Of a DNA stretch of 64,000 bases, positions 56,101 to 64,000 are shown piece after piece. The notes under the pieces are model-generated. The model saw only the letters and a list, made by a program, of their open reading frames with translations. It did no database searches and was not told where the DNA came from. This stretch comes from Chromera velia (lineage: Eukaryota), in contig JAHBMJ010000277.1 of the NCBI GenBank assembly GCA_018398765.1, forward strand, positions 1 through 64,000, written 5' to 3'. Each line of letters starts with the position of its first letter. Positions within the stretch are counted from its first letter, which is position 1. The translations under genes and the position numbers were made by a program.

Positions 56101-59100
56101 CGGAGAAACAAATAGACAAAGAAGAAAGCCAACCAAATCAAATGGATTGTGCGAAGAGGTCAGCGGGGGGCAGGAGAGAAGGAAAGCTTACCCTTTCATA
56201 TTATCGAGTTGCCCGCCAAATGAAAAGGTACGACGAATGAAACGAATGAAGAAGGCGTCAAGGAGAGATACGAAGAAGCAAATGAAGGGCCCATGAAAAA
56301 AAAAAAAAAAAACGGAATCGTTCCTGCCAAACAGAGAAAGAGAAGGCAGATCAGTCTACATGAATCAATCGACTCACATGCGTCCACCTGCCTAAGGGGA
56401 TTAGGGGCTCATCTCTTCTCCCTCCACCTCCCCCATCCTCTCCCTGTCCGTTCTGATGACGTTGGAAGACGAAAGATCGAAAGAAGGAAGGACGCCTCCC
56501 CTCCGACGAGAAGCGTCTCCCCCTTCCCCGCTCCCGGTCTTCCTGACCGGCCCCGGTCTGAAGCAGTAGTTTGTTGCTCTCTAGATGATAGAGGAGCGAA
56601 AGCCCAGTGCCGACTGAAAACAGATTCAGGCTGCTGCTGACAGAGGGGCTTCTGACAGAGACCCCCTCGCCAGCTCTGCATGCGAACAGACCCACACAGA
56701 ATGAAAAGATGATGCGAGGAGCCAACGTGAAGGCAAAACACCCATGCAAGCAGAACATCTTTCAGAATTCAGAGACTGTCATGCCACCTTTGCACCAGAA
56801 GATCAGAACGGACATCTGCGAAGAAAAAATAAAAAGAACCTCAGCCCTCAACGTGCAGTCACACGCTCACATGCACCGGAAATCGAGGCAGGACGAGTGC
56901 ACTTTCAGCCCACATTAAGTTTGTGACCCATGCAGAAATTTTAGAAAAGAAAAAAATTGTGAGTCAAACAGACCAAATAGACACGACGACTTTCTATTTA
57001 TCCATTCGACAAACGAAATCAGTGGACAGGCAGCACGAGGACCGTCAAGTAAAATCACCCACCGACCCACCGACCCACCGTAATGGCATACGGAGCCACA
57101 TCTCAAAAGTCCACCCCTGTTCCCTCCCCGCGTCCCCGGCTTCCGTTGCCTCTCGAGCCATGGCTGCCGATATGTTCTCCCCTTTGCCCCCTTCTTGAAT
57201 TCGGACCGCCTCCACTCCACCGAGAACAGACAACCCCCCGTCCTCTCCGACATCACTCAGGGCCTCAACCGATACGCCCGCCCCCACCCGCAGGGACCCA
57301 CTAGCGGGGGCCTTGTCACCCCACATATCCTCACAGTCAATCGGGGTTCCGTTCTCTAAAGGCCATACCAACTGGGCGGCCCTACCCCCTACCTCGGTCA
57401 CTACCCTCCCGTCCCTCCCACACTTGGAGATATCTTTCGGGTCATACGACTGTCCATCGGCCCATCTCCAGTAGAACAGCAGGCCCACAGGGTTGCTGCA
57501 ATACTCGGGCATTTCCTGTCGCCCCTGTTGTCTCCCCGAAGCCAGGTCAGTCTCCTTCGATCCCCGTCGAGAAGTTTCTGCCCCCCACCGGGATTCCTGG
57601 AGAAGATCAGCTACCGTTCGGGGGCGCCTTCCCCTCCCGACATGATGTTTTTTTGGAATCCCGAGACCGAGGAGGCAAAAAGCCCCACGCCCGATAAGGG
57701 GGGGGAGGGAACCTGAGGATTGATTCGTCAGACCGGGTGGGACCCTCAGTGAGGAGGAAGGAGCGCGAAAAGGGTTTGGGGTCTGAAGGTTTCCATGAGG
57801 AGAAGGGCTGTGGGGCTTGTTTTGTATTGAGGTAAGCTGACGACAAAGGAGGCCCGTGAAAATGTCAGATGGTCCAACTGCATGTCCCAAAGAGTCCCCT
57901 GTCTCTCTTTTCGTTTTCTGCCCCCAGGTGTGACTTCTCGGTTTGACTGATATGCACTCAGTGAGAGGGATGTTTTTGTACAGGAGACGCGAAAAATTCG
58001 GCGGAAAAAGAACGGGGGCCGTTGCATTTTGGAGAAGGCAACGAAGCAGGGCATCGACAAATCCTGCTGCAGCAGAGGAAATGCGTGCGTCATTTCTCTG
58101 TCTCCTTGAAGCAGTGGGGGAGTGCATGGGGCTATTGACAGATTCCGAGCTATGGCTAACGGCTTTCTCCAGAAGATTTGCTCTCTCTGCAAGGAGGCCT
58201 GGGTGAGTGAGAAGCTCTCTCAAGGCAGGCTCCCCCGCTGCGACAACAGCTTCGAAAAGCTCCCCTTTCTTCAGCCTCCCCCCGCTTCTTCCGGGAACTC
58301 CCGAGGGCGACAGGGTGGCCAAAGCGTCTTGAACCCGCAGGAGGGCGGCGAGTGCAAACGGTGTGGTGGTGTGTCCGTCAGATGACGTTTGAATGGTTTG
58401 ATCGAGCGCTTCGGTTAGGTGGAAAAGGGCCGCAGCCTCTCCCCTTGTTTGAATCGAAGCCCCGGGGCCGATGCAAAGAGGAAGGATGTTGAAGAGAGGG
58501 GGGAGCGACTCAAAAGGGGATAGAAACAGGGGCGGTGCCAAAGGTGGCGGACACAGGGCATCGAGAGTTGCCTGTGTTGGGGGAAGAAGACAGTCAAGAA
58601 AACCTTTCCCTCTGTGGGAGCTGCGAAACGAAATGCGCGTCGGGGTGCCAAAATCTATTGGGGGTCTCAGGGGGGGCAAAGAGCCTAGGCTTGCAGCTTG
58701 AGCAGGACGAAGGATTGTTTGTGTTGTCGCAACGCTCCAGTCTTCCACTGCTTTTGCTCGTGTTTCTTTCTCGTGACCTCCTGAGGCTTGATTTTTGGGA
58801 CGAGTTGCGTGTGTATCCAGAGAGACGGCACTGAGGGCAGACAGCATCGAGACTGGCATCGATGTTATGGCAGTATGTCGGTGGGGGGAAGAGAGGGGTA
58901 GCAGACCGAAAGACCCATTCTCGTCGGGTCCCCATCCACCTGCTGCCTGCTGCTGATGCTGAGCCTCAGAGGATGAAGAGGCAAAGGCAAAGGCCCGATA
59001 GACGGCCAGACGGTCCACATCAACCGAAACCAGAGGCATCGGCACGAGAGGAGAGCAACACAGGTGCCTCAAAGGGGTTGCAGGGAAACGAGGAGGGACC

Positions 59101-61969
59101 GAGAGGCACGTGCCGTCTGGGGATAGGGGTAGAAGTGGAAATACCTTCCTGCATGCTCGCATACATTCATGCAATTGAAGACCATGGGAAGGAAACACAG
59201 GGATGCATCACACAGACAGAATGAGTGAGTCTCTCTCTCTCTGACAATTAAGTTCTTCCATCCACGTCAACGACTCTCTCATGCATGCATTCTACGGATG
59301 CATTTCCGCTATAATTTAGGACAAAACCGAAAGAACGAGCTCAGAAATGTATATGCCAGTTTCAGTGGGGTCTTGCTTTCCAGTTTCTTTTTGTTTCCAA
59401 AAATTATCTAAACCCAGCCGCTCGACACTCATCCCCTCACTTGCCTTTCTGCCTCCCTCCATGCCTGGCTGTTGAATCTATCGACTCAAAAGACTCACGT
59501 GTTGACGTCAACAGACTTCATCATCACACCGGTGCGCGTTGCCACGCAAACGCACTCGCCACCCAAAACCCATCCAGCAGAGACCGCACATCCATAAGAA
59601 CTCTCCGCAAACCTCTCTGAACAGACGAGGAAAACTGACGAACACTGCCGACCACCCGGCAGCGAGCGGGAAGGAGGCGGATAGACAGAAACGACCACCA
59701 ACTCCTCAGCTGTTACAGCCAGCAGTGCCCTGGCTGCCTTATTTTCCTCCCCCGCTCGCCCAACAACATCCTGTCCTCCTCTCTCCGCATTCCCTGACTC
59801 CTGTCTCTGCTCCGCATTCCAAACCCTCAGAGATACAGCAGGACTGTACTGCACCACAGTGTCAGCAATCAACGGAAACGACACCAACGGTCCAGCAACA
59901 CCCGCGATGGAGCTTAAGTATTTCATCAGACCATCCTCGCCATCTGTCGCTTCCCCCCCCGCCTCAAGATTTTCTTCTTCTCCAGCTATGAGTGAGGAAA
60001 CAAAAAGAGAGGACCTCGGATGGCTCGCCCAGAAAAAGAGAAAAGAGGGAAGAAGTCGCCCCCCCTCCACCCGATGGACCGAATTCACTGCCGCATGCAG
60101 CATCTTGTTTAAGGCCAACTGCCCAGGCCTGCGCATTGTGCGGACCTCAAGTCTCCCGTTGCTCAACTGGGATGCCGCAGGACGTCTCATCGCCCCCCCC
60201 CCATGCACCGATGTTGCTCCCGGACTGTAGAGGCCCAGTGCGCCGGGGCCCTGGTGGGAAGGCCGGGGCCCTCCTTGGGCCACTGCGGATGCTTTGAGGA
60301 GACAGAAGGCTTCCGGGTCTCCTCCTTCCGTTCCTGCAGGAGGGAGGCTTGGTTTGTAGTGCAACAAGGGAACAGACAGAAGAGAACGGGAAATGAAACA
60401 GATCGAGCCAAACAGGTGGGAGAGGACTTCCTTCGATTCGGGTTTCCCTGTGTTCCCATTGACGATGAAAGATTAAGGACAGTGGGGAAGAGAGGGCCTG
60501 CATGGGTTGGTTGTTCAAATTTGCTTCTTGGGACTATAACTTTTCTAACTGAACTCCTTTTCTTCAAGACTAGATCTGCATACAAGCCTCGTCACAATGT
60601 CTAGGCGTTCTTCAAAGAGCAATCAGATCGGGAATGCTTTTGAGGAGGTGACAAAACCAAAGTCTCATGCGCGTTGATGTATCATATCTTCATGTACATT
60701 TATTATATTCCCAAATGCATCCAAAGTCCAAGTCTGCTTGTCTGTTGCTTTCGAATGAGGCGCTCTGAGGTTGAGAATGTGAGTGCGAGAAATGGATGGA
60801 ATTTCCCTTCCTCCCTCCATTGTAACTGACTGACTGACTGGTGAGAAAAGCAGCGTCAGAAGCGGCGTCCCCCCTCCAGATGACGTCTCTCTTCTCAGAA
60901 ACGACCCAAGTCTCCTCAGAGACGTGAACAGTCGAATCTCCAACGGCTTCGCGTTTCACACTGATACCAAGAAGGAAGAAACTATCTCCTCCTTCATCAC
61001 CACGAAGGAAGTCATAGATGCACTGGACATCACGAGAGACGATCTCCAGCCCCGAAATTCCCGACTGAGCAGGAGGAGGAGGAGGAACAATACCGCCCTG
61101 GACCCCCTCAACAGGCAAAGATCTCGAACTGCCAGATCCACTCTGCCATAAATGAAGAGTACCTCCGGAGACGAACGGAAACACACCACTCGACCCCGGT
61201 TCTCTCTTGCACCCCTCAAGGATTTCCTCAAAATGAATGCAATCTCGGGGAGGCGAAAAACGCTTCGCTCCACCTGCACCCCAATCTGCAGATGTTCCTG
61301 TCACGGCCTCTGCAACTAACTCCTCGGCAACTGTCACCGCTCTGACCTCTCCATTCTCATCTGCTGAATCCACAAAACGCGTACAAAGAACGTTGAGGCC
61401 CGAAAGAAACAGAAGGATTCCGGATCCAGAGGGAGACAGAGAAAACTCTCGGGGGAACGCCTCCTTTCCCCCCTGTACAGACATCCCCCCTGGCCCTGTT
61501 CCAGAGACGCCAAGTTGCGATGCCGCTCTCCCTAGGCTCTCGGAACCCCCCTTCAGACCTAGAGCGAACCATCGCAAAGATCCTGCCAGACCTAGAGGCT
61601 CCCCCCCCCCNNNNNNNNNNNNNNCCCCCCCCTCCCTCTCCTCTGTAGTCAGAGGCACTCCAGCCGCATGTATGGCTGCTGCAGGGGAGAGAGCCAGCAG
61701 GACAGATCTAGATGAGGAGGACAAAGCGAACGAGAGGCCCGTGACCGGTCTGGGTGCCCCCAGTGGACTGGCAGGTCTGGGCAGAGAGACCGCAACGACG
61801 CCTCTCTGGTCCTCCTGCTGTCTGCCAAACCCGCTGCTCCTGCGATGATTCATTGACCGGGAGAAGGAGGAGGACCCACCATGTCTGTCAGATCATCGAT
61901 GGATCTCTTACTCCATGCAACCAACCCGTGATTCATAGAGCAAAGAAGCCAAAGGAAGGAAGGAAGGAA

Positions 61970-62007
<38 letters not shown>

Positions 62008-62056
62008 GAAAGAAAGAAAGAAAGAAAGAAAGAAAGGAAGGAAGGAAGGAAGGAAG

Positions 62057-62099
<43 letters not shown>

Positions 62100-62114
62100 A
62101 AGAAAGAAAGAAAG

Positions 62115-62145
<31 letters not shown>

Positions 62146-62174
62146 AAAAGAAAGAAAGAAAGAAAGAAAGAAAG

Positions 62175-62205
<31 letters not shown>

Positions 62206-62234
62206 AAAAGAAAGAAAGAAAGAAAGAAAGAAAG

Positions 62235-62265
<31 letters not shown>

Positions 62266-62282
62266 AAAAGAAAGAAAGAAAG

Positions 62283-62325
<43 letters not shown>

Positions 62326-63956
62326 AAAAGAAAGAAAGAAAGAAAGAAAGAAAGATGCAAATTCAGTACAGGTGTATGGATTGTATATGGGTCTTCTCTC
62401 TTTCCTTCCGTCTCTCTCTCTCCCCCCCCCCCCNNNNCCCCCCCCTCTCTCTGTGGGGCAAACATGCAAGCACTCACGCACACACACAGACAACAGTCGC
62501 AACGAAACGACTGAACGAACGAAAACATCCAACAGAGTCAACCTGGGGTTTTCTCTCACTTGCCCCCCCAGATCCATCCATCCCTACCTGCCCCTTAAAT
62601 TCGCGACCGACCTCCGCCCACTTTTCCTGCCCCCCTTTCTGGGTCCGCCCACTGCCTCTCGGGCCGCACTCCCGAAATCCCACACGCACACGGCGCCTGA
62701 GACAGCGGCGCACGCGAGGAGCGGTCGCTCTCTGCAGAGACAGACGCAGGACACCGCAAGCAAGGCAGCCCCGCCTGCGCCCTGCACGGACTGCAGAGAG
62801 GAGACAACAACCAGGCAGGCAGGCAGGCAGGCAGGCAGCAAAATGTTATGTCAGTTTTTTTCACGACGCGGTTCCTTACGGTCATTGCTACTGCATTCCT
62901 TATCCTCCACCAAAGAGGCTGCTTGATCGGCACTTAACTACGCGCTTGAGCGGGCAGACACGCTGACGAAAATGAAAACGGGTGTACGCACGTCTTTGCT
63001 GAGTGAGCAACAATAAGGGAAAGGAGAAGACAGAGACGGACCTGACGTTTCGGCTGGAGCCCAACGCTGGCGGCGGACACCGCAGCACCGATTGAAATCC
63101 ACGCTACCGGCTGTAAGCTTGCGCGCTCCCTCCGTCCCGCGCCCTCCAAGGGCACAGGAAAATTGCGGCCTATACACAAGGCCACTCGGCCACTTTGTGT
63201 CCCAAAGAAAAGAAGAGGAAGAGAGGGGTGTGCAGCGATACACGTAGGAAGTCCCTGAAGGATTCCGGGCAATGTATGTGAAGTGCATGAACAGGCACCC
63301 CATCCGAACTCTTCGTCCTCTCCCGTCATGCCCAAGCGCGAGAGAGAGTAGGCTCCCATCTCACGCCGGTGCGTTTGAACGAATAAACTTCCCATGGGAT
63401 CGGAGACCACGCACACATGACTAAACAAAAGCGCGTCTCCCTTTCGGGCACCTCCCAACCTAACGACATGACGCAAATCCAAACTCTCAGAATCCCAAAT
63501 CAAAACCCAGCCAGATCGCAGCACCGTCAACAGAAACGGATTCTGCAGTCCTTCACCCTTCGAAAAGAACAACCCAATGAGAGGTGAAACCGACGCGAAG
63601 CGAAATTGAGGAGGGGACGAATCTCCCCCCCCCCCAATTCCGGTTGGTTGACTCCCCTCCCCTGTTTTGAATTCGTCCGTCGACAGGAGGGCGGAGACGT
63701 CGTAGGAATTCGAGCCAATCAGCCCGAAGGAACACGAGCAGAAGGTCTGGAGGAAAAGACGCACACGGACTCTAGGGCCTCTCTGACTACGGGAGAGACG
63801 GAAGCGGGACGTCTGATGAACTCGCGATGCCCCGCTTTGTGCGTCCGAGGAGACGGTCACATGAGATACGGCAAACTCGGGAGCAAGGAGACCTTCATGG
63901 TCGTTCTTCCGTGGCAGAAGAACAGCAAGGGAGGGATGAGGGCAAAGGGTTCGCAT
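51140..63956 (-). CDS. Very large WD40-repeat protocoatomer-like protein with LamG/ConA-like domain, Pro-rich linker and C-terminal Cys/Zn ribbon (TSET TWD40-2/TTRAY- or alpha-COP-like); 5' end probably beyond the window
   Basis: Exons 63956-63042, 62790-62588, 61839-60839, 60333-59499, 59148-57079, 56675-56378, 56061-55739, 55354-54075, 53699-53203, 52797-51733, 51253-51140 join with consistent phases (>2860 aa; a small N gap lies in exon 3). WD-like IAAHPSLPLLFFGTQSGRV and PLLACAAVSGAVCVWDF. LamG-like LLFYWRW, WTFEMWLR, IPLGRWTHIGL, EVRLW. C-terminal LCWVTLRRF..CPLC..CPVCGVGQL. An acceptor precedes 63956. Confidence 0.7.
61953..62354. repeat. (GAAA)n microsatellite, intronic
   Basis: Directly visible. 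Confidence 0.95.
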
Positions 63957-64000
63957 CTGGATGCTCCAGTCTGTCTGTCAGGCAGGCAGGTCGAACTAGA

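Overview
Intron-rich eukaryotic genomic DNA. It has GT-AG introns packed with microsatellites, TGCAG acceptors, abundant TGCATG and AT-rich intergenic spacers. The style resembles a chromerid alveolate such as Chromera velia, which is an inference I cannot confirm. Most long entries in the ORF track are microsatellite artefacts, so genes were spliced by hand and intron phases checked. Genes: (1) a secreted coiled-coil hypothetical protein; (2) a 19-exon, ~2260 aa receptor with signal peptide, seven FG-GAP (integrin-alpha-like) blades, four EGF modules, a GAIN/GPS-like region and five polycystin-1-like TM helices; (3) an EF-hand type II NAD(P)H dehydrogenase; (4) an intronless LRR protein; (5) a glycerophosphodiester phosphodiesterase; (6) a frameshifted 5' fragment of a P3A H+-ATPase abutting an ankyrin-like exon; (7) a >2860 aa WD40 / LamG-like / Pro-rich / Zn-ribbon protein resembling TSET TWD40-2 or alpha-COP, running off the right edge. 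Non-coding features include a complete hAT MITE with an 8-bp TSD, two orphan hAT-like ends, a ~410-bp foldback, repeated duplications of splice junctions, and a small sense-oriented element embedded in (GTCT)n tracts of three unrelated genes.
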